This document shows positions 21,525-31,548 of a stretch of DNA of 64,000 nucleotides, piece by piece; positions within the stretch are counted from its first letter, which is position 1, and every line of letters starts with the position of its first letter. The stretch is from positions 2,240,001 to 2,304,000 of the forward strand of contig CAVUAK010000001.1 of assembly GCA_963739455.1 (NCBI GenBank), in the 5' to 3' direction. This stretch comes from an uncultured Gemmatimonadales bacterium. GTDB taxonomy: Bacteria; Gemmatimonadota; Gemmatimonadetes; Gemmatimonadales; GWC2-71-9. Position numbers and translations under genes: made by a program. The notes below the pieces were generated by a model that was not told where the DNA came from, did not search any database, and saw nothing but the letters and a program-made list of their open reading frames with translations.

Positions 21525-22786
21525 TGCAGCGCAAATACCACGCTGCCGCCGTAGTCCTACTGGCGTTCGCCCTCGGCGGACGCCAGTTGTGGTTTCGAAA
21601 TCAGTCGTTGCCGAGTGTCCCCATTGCTGTTCCCGCCGTTGATTCCGCCCCTGCATCCATCGAGTCACCGGATACGCTCCATCGCGGCGAGACGCTGGCG
21701 CACCTCTTTGCGCGCCATGGGCTGGGCCCGGCGGAGGTCAATCGCCTGGCATCGATGCTCGACCTGCGAAAGCTCAAGACCGGTCTCGTGTTCCATGTTC
21801 GCCGCCAGCACGCCGACTCCACGCCCGACCAGATCGTGGTGCGCACCGGCCCGGAGCAGCGGCTCAAGCTGACGCGGATGTCGACCGAGTGGCTCGCCAC
21901 GGCTGAACCGATCCGCTGGTTCGTGGATACGGTGCGCTATGCCGGTTCGATCGAGACATCGCTGTACGAGGCGCTCGACCGCGCGGTGCCGTGGTCGTCG
22001 CTGGCGGCTGACGAGCGCGTCAAGCTTGCCTGGGAGCTGTCGGACGTGTTCGCGTGGCAGCTCGACTTCAGCCGCGACCTGCAGCCGGGGGACGAGTTCC
22101 AGGTGGTGCTCGAGCGGCTGACCTCGGAGGAGGGTGAGACGCGGGCGGGCGACGTGCTCGCGGCCGACCTGGAAGTGAATGGCAAGCCGGTGAGTGCGTT
22201 CCGGTTCACGGAGAACGGAAAGCCGGGGTACTTCGACGCCGCGGGGCTGTCACTGCGACGCGCGTTCCTGCGGGCGCCGGTCGAGTTCCGCCGCATTTCC
22301 AGTCGGTTCAACCGCTCGCGGATGCATCCGGTGCTGGGCTATGCGCGGCGGCATGAGGGCACCGACTACGCCGCGGACCCGGGCACGCCGGTGATGGCGG
22401 CGGGTGACGGCACCGTGGTGAGCGCCGGATGGAGCGGCGGCTACGGCAACATGATCGTGGTGCAGCACAAGAACGGGATCACGACGCGGTACGGCCACCT
22501 GCGCGGGTTCGCCAGTGGGGTGCACGCCGGCGCGCGCGTGTCGCAGGGCGAGGTGATCGGCTATGTCGGGTCGACTGGCCTCGCGACCGGGCCGCACCTG
22601 CACTACGAGTTCCGCGTGAACGGCGCGGCGCGAGATCCCTCGCGGGTGAATCTCGGCAACGGCGAGCCGGTGACGCCGTCACTCAAGGGAGCATTCGACG
22701 CCGAGCAGATCCTGCTGAGTCACCTGCTGCAGGCGCAGTCACCCACCGCCGTCGCCGTCACGGGCGCCGGGCCGCCGACGCCATGA
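21524..22786 (+). CDS. M23 family (MepM-like) peptidoglycan endopeptidase
   Basis: HEGTD (HxxxD), TRYGHL, GPHLHYE (HxH); N-terminal TM and LysM-like segment. Confidence 0.9.
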   Translation: MQRKYHAAAVVLLAFALGGRQLWFRNQSLPSVPIAVPAVDSAPASIESPDTLHRGETLAHLFARHGLGPAEVNRLASMLDLRKLKTGLVFHVRRQHADSTPDQIVVRTGPEQRLKLTRMSTEWLATAEPIRWFVDTVRYAGSIETSLYEALDRAVPWSSLAADERVKLAWELSDVFAWQLDFSRDLQPGDEFQVVLERLTSEEGETRAGDVLAADLEVNGKPVSAFRFTENGKPGYFDAAGLSLRRAFLRAPVEFRRISSRFNRSRMHPVLGYARRHEGTDYAADPGTPVMAAGDGTVVSAGWSGGYGNMIVVQHKNGITTRYGHLRGFASGVHAGARVSQGEVIGYVGSTGLATGPHLHYEFRVNGAARDPSRVNLGNGEPVTPSLKGAFDAEQILLSHLLQAQSPTAVAVTGAGPPTP

Positions 22787-24408
22787 CCGAGGTGAGTGGA
22801 GGCTGGGAGGACACGTCCGACGCGGCGCCGGTCGCCACGCTTGCCGAGCGCCTCATCTTCGAGCGGCTCCTGGCCGACCTCTCCACCACCTTCGCCAATG
22901 CTGCCAGTGATGATGTCATCCCCGAGATCGAGCGCGGGCTGACCCAGCTGGTCACCTTCCTCGGCTACGACCGCAGCACCCTCGGTGAATTCTCCGCCGA
23001 TGGACAGGAGTTGACCGTCATCGGCTCGGTCGCGGTGCCGGGCTTCGAGGCGACGCCGGTTGGCCCCCTTCCCGCGAAGCTCGGCTGGTTCAAGCGGGAG
23101 CTCCGGGCGGGGCGGAACGTGAGGTTCCCGGCGATGCCGGAGGACGTGCCGCCGGAAGCGGTCGGTGAACTCGAGTACGCCCGGCGGACGGGGCTGCGAT
23201 CGATCCTCACCATTCCGGTCCGGGTGGGCGGGCAGGTGATGGGGGCCATTTCCTTCAGCGCGTTCAGCTCGACTCGTGAATGGCCTGACGACCTCATTGC
23301 GCGGCTGCGCATGGTGGGCGAGGTGTTCGTGCAGGCGCTCGTCCGAAGCCGCGGAGATGCCGCGCTGCGGGTGGCGCACGACGAGATCAAGCGGCTGAAT
23401 GCCCGCCTCGAGGCGGAGAATGTGTACCTGCGCCAGGCGGTGCAGCTAAAGCTGCCCGGCGATCTTGCCAGCCACTCCACCCGCTACAACGAGATCCTGG
23501 ACGACATCCGCCAGGTGGCGCCGACGTCGTCCACCGTGCTGCTGCTGGGCGAGACCGGCAGCGGCAAGGAGGTCCTGGCCCGCGCGATCCATGAACTGAG
23601 CGGCCGCAACAAGCGCCCGATGGTGAAGGTCAACTGCGCGGCGCTACCAGCCACGCTGATAGAGGCGGAACTCTTCGGGCGGGAGAAGGGGGCATTTACC
23701 GGCTCGCTGTCACGCCAGATGGGGCGGTTCGAGCTGGCCGACGGGGCGACGATTCTCCTGGATGAGATCGGCGAGCTGCCGCTCGAGCTCCAGCCGAAGC
23801 TGCTGCGCGTGCTGCAGAGCGGGGAGTTCGAGCGCCTCGGCGGCACGCAGACGATCAAGGTGGACGTCCGGGTCATCGCGGCGTCAAACCGTGACCTGGC
23901 CCAGGCTGCACAGGAGGGGACATTCCGGCAGGACCTCTATTACCGGCTGAATGTCTTCCCCATCGAGGTCCCGCCACTGCGGGAGCGACGGGAGGACATT
24001 CCGATGCTGAGCTGGGCCTTCATCCAGGAGTTCAGCGACTCGATGGGAAAGCCGATCAGCGGCATCGATGAGGCATCCATGGTGGCGCTTCAAGCGTACG
24101 CGTGGCCGGGGAACATCCGGGAACTGCGCAACCTGATTGAGCGCGCCATGATCCTCGCGCGGGGGCCGGTCCTGAAGATCTCGCTGGGGCGGGTAATGTC
24201 GTCATCGAGCTCGACATCGGGCGAGACGCCGAGCAGTCGGGACGATGCGGAGCGGAGTCACCTGCGGCGGGCCCTGGAGCGCTGCGGCTGGCGTATTCGC
24301 GGGTCGGGCGGGGCGGCGGCGGTGCTGGACATGAAGCCCACCACGCTGGAATCGCGGATGAAAAAGCTCGGGCTCTCGCGTCCGGGCCTCCAAGACGATT
24401 CGGAGTAA
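22783..24408 (+). CDS. sigma54-dependent enhancer-binding protein, GAF-AAA+-HTH (FhlA/HyfR-like architecture)
   Basis: [72 protein letters not shown] overlap with the M23 gene. Confidence 0.93.
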   Translation: MTEVSGGWEDTSDAAPVATLAERLIFERLLADLSTTFANAASDDVIPEIERGLTQLVTFLGYDRSTLGEFSADGQELTVIGSVAVPGFEATPVGPLPAKLGWFKRELRAGRNVRFPAMPEDVPPEAVGELEYARRTGLRSILTIPVRVGGQVMGAISFSAFSSTREWPDDLIARLRMVGEVFVQALVRSRGDAALRVAHDEIKRLNARLEAENVYLRQAVQLKLPGDLASHSTRYNEILDDIRQVAPTSSTVLLLGETGSGKEVLARAIHELSGRNKRPMVKVNCAALPATLIEAELFGREKGAFTGSLSRQMGRFELADGATILLDEIGELPLELQPKLLRVLQSGEFERLGGTQTIKVDVRVIAASNRDLAQAAQEGTFRQDLYYRLNVFPIEVPPLRERREDIPMLSWAFIQEFSDSMGKPISGIDEASMVALQAYAWPGNIRELRNLIERAMILARGPVLKISLGRVMSSSSSTSGETPSSRDDAERSHLRRALERCGWRIRGSGGAAAVLDMKPTTLESRMKKLGLSRPGLQDDSE

Positions 24409-24415
24409 CTCCGAA
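24399..24415. promoter_or_regulatory. Perfect palindrome, candidate upstream activator sequence
   Basis: TTCGGAGT-A-ACTCCGAA; half-site-like ACTCCGTA also at 24416-24423 and 24480-24487. Confidence 0.55.
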
Positions 24416-24523
24416 ACTCCGTAGGCTCCCGCCCGCGTTCCACTGCATCCTCTTTCTCATTTGCACGCTCCATCCCCTTACTCCGTAAGAGCTTGGCCTG
24501 AAAGTCAGGCTAGAGGCCTCAAG

Positions 24524-24540
24524 TGGCCCACGCGTTGCTT
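24524..24540 (+). promoter_or_regulatory. sigma54 -24/-12 promoter
   Basis: TGGCCC-ACGCG-TTGCT with exact GG-N10-GC spacing, directly downstream of a sigma54 activator gene. Confidence 0.75.
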
Positions 24541-24550
24541 TTGCACCGGC

Positions 24551-24892
24551 ATGATCTCTTTCTCGCTCAGGATCGTCGTGCCGGCCGCCAAGCGGCAGGA
24601 AGTCGTCTCCAGCGTCGGGTCACTGCTGGCCCCGACCAGGGTGCAGCCGGAATGCCTGAGCGTCCGATTGTACGTGGATACCGAGGACCCCAATGCCGTA
24701 ACGATGGTGCAGGAGTGGAACTCCCGTTCGCAGCTGGACCGGTACCTCGCCTCAGCCGCGGGGAAGCTCCTGCTGGAGGCGATGGAGTCGTCGAGCGAGG
24801 CCCCCGACATCCGGTTCGACACGGTCCAGCGCGCCGGTGGCATAAACATCTTCGCAGAGGCACGCGCGTCACCGGAGGGAGAGGTGGCGTAG
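24551..24892 (+). CDS. ABM (antibiotic biosynthesis monooxygenase)/dimeric alpha-beta barrel protein
   Basis: TRVQPECLSVRLYVDTEDPNAVTMVQEWNS pattern; 113 aa from ATG 24551. Confidence 0.75.
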   Translation: MISFSLRIVVPAAKRQEVVSSVGSLLAPTRVQPECLSVRLYVDTEDPNAVTMVQEWNSRSQLDRYLASAAGKLLLEAMESSSEAPDIRFDTVQRAGGINIFAEARASPEGEVA

Positions 24893-24943
24893 GGCAGCGA
24901 ATCACGGAGGCAGGACCATCATTTCAAGTCAAGGAGAGGCACG

Positions 24944-26653
24944 ATGCACAGGTTCGGTTTCGGGCGAAGACTGGCTCGCGCAATGGTGCGCATGCTTCCA
25001 GTGATGGCAGTGCTGGCCGGGCTCACCCAGTCGGCGAATGCGCAGGCGAGTGGAAAGAAGCCCAACATCCTTGTCATCATGGGCGATGACGTGGGGTGGT
25101 TCAACATCGGGGCCTACAGCCAGGGCATCATGACCGGGAAGACGCCGAACCTGGACAAGCTGGCCTCGGAGGGGATGCGCTTCACCGACTACTACGCGGA
25201 GGCAAGCTGCACTGCTGGTCGCGCCAACTTCATCACCGGAGAGCTGCCGCTCCGCACGGGCATGACCACGGTGGGTCAGGCGGGCGCCAACGTCGGGCTT
25301 CCTGCGGAAGCGTCAACGATCGCCGTCGCGCTCAAGGCGCAGGGCTACGCCACGGGCCAGTTCGGCAAGAACCACCTGGGCGACCTGAACAAGTTCCTGC
25401 CCACGGTCCACGGCTTCGATGAGTTCTTCGGCTATTTGTACCACCTGGACGCCATGTCCGATCCGTACTGGTACTCATTCCCCAATGACGCGGCCTATCG
25501 CGACAAGGCAGGTCCGCGCAACCTCGTCCACACCTGGGCCACCACGACGGCTGACCCGACGGTACAGCCGCGCTGGGGCGTGATCGGCAAGCAGAAGATC
25601 GTGGACGAAGGCCCACTGGCGCCGTATCCGGACATGACGAATGTGCAGAACATGCACGACATCACGCCGAAGGCGAAGTACGACATGACGACCTTCGACT
25701 CGGTCCTGGTCCAGGCCAGCAGCAAGTTCATGGACCAGGCGAAGTCAGCCGGGAAGCCGTTCTTCATCTGGCACAACACGACGCGCATGCACGTGTGGAC
25801 CTTCCTGTCCCCGAAGTACCAGGGCCTCATGAACAGCAAGACCGGCTATAGCCTCGAGGACGCGGGCATGCAGCAGATGGATGACGATGTCGGCCTGCTC
25901 CTGAAGCACCTGCAGGACATTGGCGAAGCGGACAACACCATCGTCATCTTCACGACTGACAACGGCGCCGAGGTATTCACCTGGCCGGACGGTGGCATGA
26001 CGCCGTTCAAGTCCACCAAGGGCACGGTCAGCGAGGGCGGCTTCAGGGTGCCGGCTATTATTCGCTGGCCGGGCAAGGTGAAGCCAGGCAGCGTTGAGAA
26101 CGGCATCATCTCGGGGCTCGACTGGTACCCGACGCTGGTCGCTGCAGCGGGCAATCCCAACATTACCCAGGAACTGCTGACCGGGGTGAAGCTGGGCGAC
26201 CAGACCTATAAGAACCACCTCGACGGCTACAACCAGCTGGACCTCATCACCGGCAAGGGTCCCTCAAACCGGCACGAGATCTTCTACTTCGGTGGCGCGC
26301 AGCTGGGTGCCATCCGGCTCGACGACATGAAGTTCGTCTTCTACCAGCAGCCGGGAGGCTGGCCGGGCCCGAAGACCAGCACGGACATGCCGGTGTTGAT
26401 CAACCTGCGGTGGGATCCCTTCGAGCGTACCCCGATGACGCTCGGCGAAACCTCGGCCACCGGGGCGTGGGGCTACGGCAACGAGTTCTTCGGGCGTGAG
26501 GCGTGGCGCTTCGTGGCGGTGCAGCAGGCTGCGCTCAAGCTGGCCGAAACGGCGATCGCCTTCCCGCCGATGCAGGACCCTGCCTCCTTCAACCTGAGCG
26601 CCGTGAAGGCGCAGCTCGAGGCAATGAGCAAGGCCGGCAAGACAGGTCAGTGA
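24944..26653 (+). CDS. Arylsulfatase-family (S1, Cys-type) sulfatase, exported
   Basis: KPNILVIMGDDVG, SCTAGR (CxAxR), GKNHLG, FTTDNG; signal peptide; SD AAGGAGAGG. Confidence 0.93.
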   Translation: MHRFGFGRRLARAMVRMLPVMAVLAGLTQSANAQASGKKPNILVIMGDDVGWFNIGAYSQGIMTGKTPNLDKLASEGMRFTDYYAEASCTAGRANFITGELPLRTGMTTVGQAGANVGLPAEASTIAVALKAQGYATGQFGKNHLGDLNKFLPTVHGFDEFFGYLYHLDAMSDPYWYSFPNDAAYRDKAGPRNLVHTWATTTADPTVQPRWGVIGKQKIVDEGPLAPYPDMTNVQNMHDITPKAKYDMTTFDSVLVQASSKFMDQAKSAGKPFFIWHNTTRMHVWTFLSPKYQGLMNSKTGYSLEDAGMQQMDDDVGLLLKHLQDIGEADNTIVIFTTDNGAEVFTWPDGGMTPFKSTKGTVSEGGFRVPAIIRWPGKVKPGSVENGIISGLDWYPTLVAAAGNPNITQELLTGVKLGDQTYKNHLDGYNQLDLITGKGPSNRHEIFYFGGAQLGAIRLDDMKFVFYQQPGGWPGPKTSTDMPVLINLRWDPFERTPMTLGETSATGAWGYGNEFFGREAWRFVAVQQAALKLAETAIAFPPMQDPASFNLSAVKAQLEAMSKAGKTGQ

Positions 26654-26685
26654 ACCTGGGGGGACTTGAATACGGGGGAAATTCG

Positions 26686-26709
26686 CGGGCGGTCCGAAAG
26701 GGCCGCCCG
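26686..26709 (+). terminator. GC-rich hairpin with GAAA loop after sulfatase 1 (weak U tract)
   Basis: CGGGCGGTCC-GAAA-GGGCCGCCCG. Confidence 0.5.
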
Positions 26710-26816
26710 TTCCGTGTCGATTGCTCGTCGGAAAGTCGCCCTATTTCTCCCGGCGCCTTATGATATCCTAAGCATCGCACCACCAGAGGGGTGGCAGCAG
26801 GAATCCAACGGGGAGC

Positions 26817-29456
26817 GTGAGAATGCGTAGGCGAAGCGCAGCAGTGCTTGTCTGGTTGGTCGTGACGCTTGCTTCCACGCCAATGGCGGCGCAGGTGGTC
26901 ACCGGGACGCCGGGCGCTCCCAGTGCCACGACCACCATCAAGGGCGACCAGATCCCGGTGGGCCAGCCGCCGTTCGGCGGCGTGATCAAGGATGTGGCCA
27001 CCCAGTCGACCCCCTGGTGGGCGCCTCGCGTGGTGCCGCCCAAGGGCGCGCCGAACATCCTGCTGATCATGACCGATGACCAGGGGTACGGGGTGCCGGG
27101 AACCTTCGGCGGAGTGATCCCGACGCCGGCGCTGGACCGAATTGCGAAGGCGGGGCTGCGATACACCCAGTTCCACTCGACGGCACTCTGCTCCCCGACC
27201 CGCGCAGCACTCATTACCGGCCGCAACCATCACTCGGTGGGTTCGGGCGTCATTGGCGAGCTCTCCACCGGGTATCCGGGCTACAACTCCGTCATCGGCC
27301 TCGAGAATGCCAGCATCGGGCAGATCCTGAAGGACAACGGCTACGCGACGTCGTGGTTCGGCAAGAACCACAACACGCCAGGGTTCCAGTACAGCAGTGC
27401 CGCCGGGCCGTTCGAGCAGTGGCCATCGGGGATGGGCTTCCAGTATTTCTACGGCTTCATGGGTGGCGAGACGGACCAGTGGCAGCCGTACCTGTTCCGT
27501 GATCACACGCAGGTGTTCCCGTGGATCGGCAAGCCGGGCTACAACCTGATTACCGACATGGCTGATGACGCCATCCGGTACATGCGCGAGCTCAACGCCG
27601 CGGCGCCCGACAAGCCGTTCTTCCTGTACTACGTGCCCGGCGGCACGCACTCGCCGCACCAGCCGAAGCCGGAGTGGATCGAGAAGTTCAAGGGCAAGTT
27701 CGACATGGGCTTCGAGAAGCTGCGCGACTCGATCTTCGCCAACCAGAAGCGGCTGGGCGTGATCCCGCCCGGCACCGAGCTGACCCCGTGGCCGTCGAGC
27801 CTGCCGAAGTGGGATACGCTCAAGGCGGTGCAGAAGAAGATCTACACCCGCCAGGCTGAGGTATTCGCCGGATACACGGCCTACACCGACTACGAGATCG
27901 GTCGCGTCATACAGGCGGTGCAGGACATGGGCAAGCTCGACAACACCCTGATCATCTACATCGACGGTGACAACGGCACGAGCCCGGAAGGCGGCGTCGA
28001 GGGCACGTTCAACCAGCTCACCGCCTACAACGGCATCTTCAACCTGCCCGAGGCCATCCAGCTGCTGCACCTTCCGCAGCTGGGCTCCGACAAGACGTAC
28101 CCGCACATGTCGGCGGCGTGGACCTGGGCGTTCGACACCCCGTTCAAGTGGACCAAGCAGGTTGCCTCGCACTTCGGCGGCACCCGGCAAGGGCTGGCCA
28201 TTTCGTGGCCGGGCCACATCACGGACGAGGGTGGCATCCGGACGCAGTTCCACCATGTCATCGACATCGTGCCCACGATCCTCGAGGCAACCGGCATCCC
28301 GGCGCCCAGCGTGGTGGACGGTATCAAGCAGCACCCGATCGAAGGGGTGAGCATGCTCTACACCTTCGACAAGGCGAATGCGAACGCGCCGTCAACGCGC
28401 ACGACGCAGTACTTCGAGATGGTGGGGAATCGCGCGATCTACCATGATGGCTGGATCGCCGCGACCACGCCGCCGGCGCCGCCATGGGAGCTGGGCACCG
28501 CCGCCATGCCCGACATCATGACCGGCTACAAGTGGGAGCTGTACAACATCGCCGAGGACTATTCGGAGAACAACGACCTCGCGGCGAGCAATCCGGCAAA
28601 GCTGGCCGAGATGCAGAAGCTGTTCCTGGCGGAAGCAGCGAAGTACAATGTGTTTCCGCTGGACAACTCCGGCTTCGTTCGACTCCTGACGGAGCGGCCG
28701 AGCGCCATCGCCGGAAGGACGGAGTTCACGTACACTGGGGTGAACCCCGGCATTCCAACTGGCAATGCGCCGAGCATCCTGGACCGGGACTACACGATCA
28801 CCGCACTGGTGACGATTCCCAAGGGCGGCGCAGAGGGGATGATCGCCACCCTGGGCGGACGCTTCGGTGGATATGGGCTGTACCTGAGCCGCAGCTTCAA
28901 CTGGTGGTACCGCGAGACGCTCTTCCGCCGCGTGGGCCTGGCGCTGCTGGGCCTGGGTCTTGTGCTCATGCTCGCGAACCGGGGCGGGAAATTCGCGCGC
29001 GGGCTCGCGTACTTCGGCGCCGCGTGGGTCGTGGTGGTATTCGGTGCCGGAGCACTGGGCATGGGCCGGGGGAAGCCGGTCTTCCTCTACAACTTCCTGG
29101 ACCTGGAGCGGTTCAAGTGGGAGGGACCTTCGCTGAGCGCGGGAACCCACACCATCTCCTTCGACTTCAAGTATGACGGGCCTGGGCCGGCGAAGGGTGG
29201 TACCGGTGTGTTGAGCGTCGACGGGAAGGAAGTCGACAAGAAGTCAGTCAAGCACACGATCCCGCTGCTGATGTCCATCGATGAGACCTTTGACATCGGT
29301 GTCGACACCAGGACGCCGGTTGACGACAACGCCTACGCGGTGCCGTTCGCCTTCACGGGTACGATCGATACGCTCAAGATCAAGCTTGGCCCGTCACAGC
29401 TGGCTGAGCCGGAGAAGCAGGCCGCAGCAGCGGCGGTCGCCGCGGCAAACAACTAG
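26817..29456 (+). CDS. Large arylsulfatase-family sulfatase with C-terminal beta-sandwich domain carrying a hydrophobic insertion
   Basis: PNILLIMTDDQG, LCSPTRAALITGR (CxPxR), FGKNH, DGDNG, SHFGGTR; signal peptide. Confidence 0.93.
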   Translation: MRMRRRSAAVLVWLVVTLASTPMAAQVVTGTPGAPSATTTIKGDQIPVGQPPFGGVIKDVATQSTPWWAPRVVPPKGAPNILLIMTDDQGYGVPGTFGGVIPTPALDRIAKAGLRYTQFHSTALCSPTRAALITGRNHHSVGSGVIGELSTGYPGYNSVIGLENASIGQILKDNGYATSWFGKNHNTPGFQYSSAAGPFEQWPSGMGFQYFYGFMGGETDQWQPYLFRDHTQVFPWIGKPGYNLITDMADDAIRYMRELNAAAPDKPFFLYYVPGGTHSPHQPKPEWIEKFKGKFDMGFEKLRDSIFANQKRLGVIPPGTELTPWPSSLPKWDTLKAVQKKIYTRQAEVFAGYTAYTDYEIGRVIQAVQDMGKLDNTLIIYIDGDNGTSPEGGVEGTFNQLTAYNGIFNLPEAIQLLHLPQLGSDKTYPHMSAAWTWAFDTPFKWTKQVASHFGGTRQGLAISWPGHITDEGGIRTQFHHVIDIVPTILEATGIPAPSVVDGIKQHPIEGVSMLYTFDKANANAPSTRTTQYFEMVGNRAIYHDGWIAATTPPAPPWELGTAAMPDIMTGYKWELYNIAEDYSENNDLAASNPAKLAEMQKLFLAEAAKYNVFPLDNSGFVRLLTERPSAIAGRTEFTYTGVNPGIPTGNAPSILDRDYTITALVTIPKGGAEGMIATLGGRFGGYGLYLSRSFNWWYRETLFRRVGLALLGLGLVLMLANRGGKFARGLAYFGAAWVVVVFGAGALGMGRGKPVFLYNFLDLERFKWEGPSLSAGTHTISFDFKYDGPGPAKGGTGVLSVDGKEVDKKSVKHTIPLLMSIDETFDIGVDTRTPVDDNAYAVPFAFTGTIDTLKIKLGPSQLAEPEKQAAAAAVAAANN

Positions 29457-29479
29457 CGCCCGCTCGCCGCACTCGAGGC

Positions 29480-29513
29480 CTCCTGTCCCGCGCCTGCGGG
29501 ACCGGGGGTCTTT
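29480..29513 (+). terminator. Hairpin after sulfatase 2
   Basis: CTCCTGTCCCGC-GCCT-GCGGGACCGGGG followed by GTCTTT. Confidence 0.5.
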
Positions 29514-29528
29514 GCGCATATTGCCCCG

Positions 29529-30248
29529 ATGATTCTCTATCCCGCGATCGACCTCCGTCGCAGCCGAGTGGTGCGCCTGGCCCAGGGGAATGCGGCAAAG
29601 GAGACCGTCTACTCCCATGATCCGGTTGCCCAGGCGCAGGCGTTTGTCGCGGAGGGCGCGACGTGGCTTCACGTTGTGGATCTCGACCGAGCCTTCGGGG
29701 ATGGGGACAACCTGAAGGTCGTCGCCACGATCGTGGAGGCACTGGGGACCGAGGTGCGTGTCCAGGCGGGCGGCGGGTTTCGCTCGATCGCCGCGATCGT
29801 GGCAGCCATCGAGGCCAGGGCGGCGCGCGTTGTGATTGGCACGGCGGCGGTTCGCACACCGGAGCTCCTGATCGAGGCCGCGCAGGCGGTGGGTGCCGAG
29901 CAGCTCGCGGTGGGGCTGGACGCCCATGACGGCATGGTGGCGGTGCGCGGCTGGACCGAGCGCACGGGGGTCCGGGTTGAGGACGCTGCCCAGCGTGCCC
30001 TCGGGGCGGGTATCACGACCATTGTGTATACCGACATCGCTCGGGACGGCATGCTCACGGGGCCGGACCTGGAGGGCTGCCGAGCCCTGATCGGGCTTGG
30101 CGCCCAGGTCATCGCGAGCGGAGGGTTCGCGAGCCTTGATCATGTCGCCGCGGCCAGGGATGCGGGCTGTGCGGGCGCGATTCTGGGGAGGTCGTTGTAT
30201 GAGAAGACGATTTCGCTCAAGGAGGCCCTCGGCGCAGCAAAAGCGTGA
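29529..30248 (+). CDS. hisA: ProFAR isomerase
   Basis: YPAIDL, LHVVDLD, QAGGGFR, VVIGTAAV, YTDIARDGMLTGPD, IASGG. Confidence 0.93.
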   Translation: MILYPAIDLRRSRVVRLAQGNAAKETVYSHDPVAQAQAFVAEGATWLHVVDLDRAFGDGDNLKVVATIVEALGTEVRVQAGGGFRSIAAIVAAIEARAARVVIGTAAVRTPELLIEAAQAVGAEQLAVGLDAHDGMVAVRGWTERTGVRVEDAAQRALGAGITTIVYTDIARDGMLTGPDLEGCRALIGLGAQVIASGGFASLDHVAAARDAGCAGAILGRSLYEKTISLKEALGAAKA

Positions 30249-30288
30249 GGAGGAACAGCGACAGCGTAACGAGGAACTGCAACGGCGT
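30242..30288 (+). repeat. 21-mer tandem repeat at hisA stop
   Basis: AGCGTGAGGAGGAACAGCGAC then AGCGTAACGAGGAACTGCAAC then GGCGT. Confidence 0.85.
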
Positions 30289-30454
30289 CTCCAGCCAACC
30301 AATTCCCGCCCAATCCCGTCATAGCTAGAAGTGGCCTGACCCGACCGGTCCCACCGCATCCGTTTCGAGCTCGTTCCGAACTGAAACCCCATGGGGGCGG
30401 AGCCCGTAAGTGACTCCATTCGCCCCACATGCACCTGTCTGGAGCTGATCAATC

Positions 30455-31547
30455 ATGAAGCGCCGAACGCTGATCATCCTTGCCATTCTCGTCCCCCTCC
30501 TCGCTGCCGGCGGGTGGGCGGCCAAAAAGAAGTTTGGGACCAAGAAGGACGAAGGACCAAAGCCCGTGGCCGTCACCCGCGGGGAACTGACCGACAAGGC
30601 GATGGCGATCGGAACGATCGAGCCGCGGGTTGAGGTGGGCGTGAAGTCGAACCTGGCCGGCGTGGTGCGGAAGCGGTACGCCGAGGTGGGCGATTACGTG
30701 AAGCGTGGCGCGCCACTGCTGGAGATCTCGCCCAACCCGACGCCGCTGGAACTGATCGAGCTGCGGCGCAGCATCGAGATGCGCGAGATCGAGCTCAAGA
30801 ACCTGCAGAAGGAGCTGGAGCGGCAGACCGAACTCAAGAGGCAGAACCTGAACTCGGACGACGGACTACGAGCTGGCCCAGCGACGGGTGGAGGAGTCGA
30901 CGGTGCAGCTCTCGCTGGCACGCGAGCGGCTGGCCCTGCAGGAGAGCGGCAAGGTGGACGGCGGCAGCACGGTGGAGACCATCATCCGCTCGCCGATCGA
31001 CGGCTTCGTGCTGGAGGACTCGATCGAGATCGGGGACCCGGTAGTGGCCCTCTCGCCGTACCAGGAGGGCACCGTCCTCATGCGCATGGCTGCGATGAAG
31101 GACCTGCTCTTCCGCGGCACGGTGGACGAGATCGACGTGGGCCGCCTGACCGAGGGGATGCCGGTGATCATCAAGATCGGCGCGCTGCCGGACGCCCAGG
31201 TGAAGGGCAAGCTCTCCAAGATCTGGCTCAAGGCGCGGAAGCAGGACCAGGCAACGGTATTTCCGATCGAGATCACGCTGCTCGAGGTGAAGGGGACGAC
31301 CCTTCGCGCCGGCTATTCCGCCAACGCGGAGGTGATCATCGCGCGGCGCGACAGCGTGCTGCTCATTCCCGAGCGGCTCATCACGCAGCGGAACGACTCA
31401 TCGTTCGTGCAGGTGAAGCAGGCGGACGGCACCGGCGCGGAGCGGTACATCAAGACCGGCCTGAGCGACGCGATCAACGTCGAGGTGCTCGACGGCCTCA
31501 CTGAGGGCGAGCTGGTCATGGAGAAGCCGCCCAAGGAGATCACCTGA
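30455..31547 (+). CDS. Periplasmic adaptor / membrane fusion protein (HlyD/MacA-like; frameshift near 30860)
   Basis: GTIEPRVEV, GDYVKRG, IRSPIDG, VDEIDV, LRAGYSANAEV, IKTGLSD. Confidence 0.88.
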
Positions 31548-31548
31548 C

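Noticed and set aside
22429..22782. Longer N-terminus for the sigma54 activator
   Set aside because: Out-of-frame overlap with the M23 catalytic domain; ATGA overlap marks 22783 as start
30325..30454. Known riboswitch in the exporter leader
   Set aside because: No conserved motifs of common riboswitch classes recognised by eye; an Rfam scan is needed
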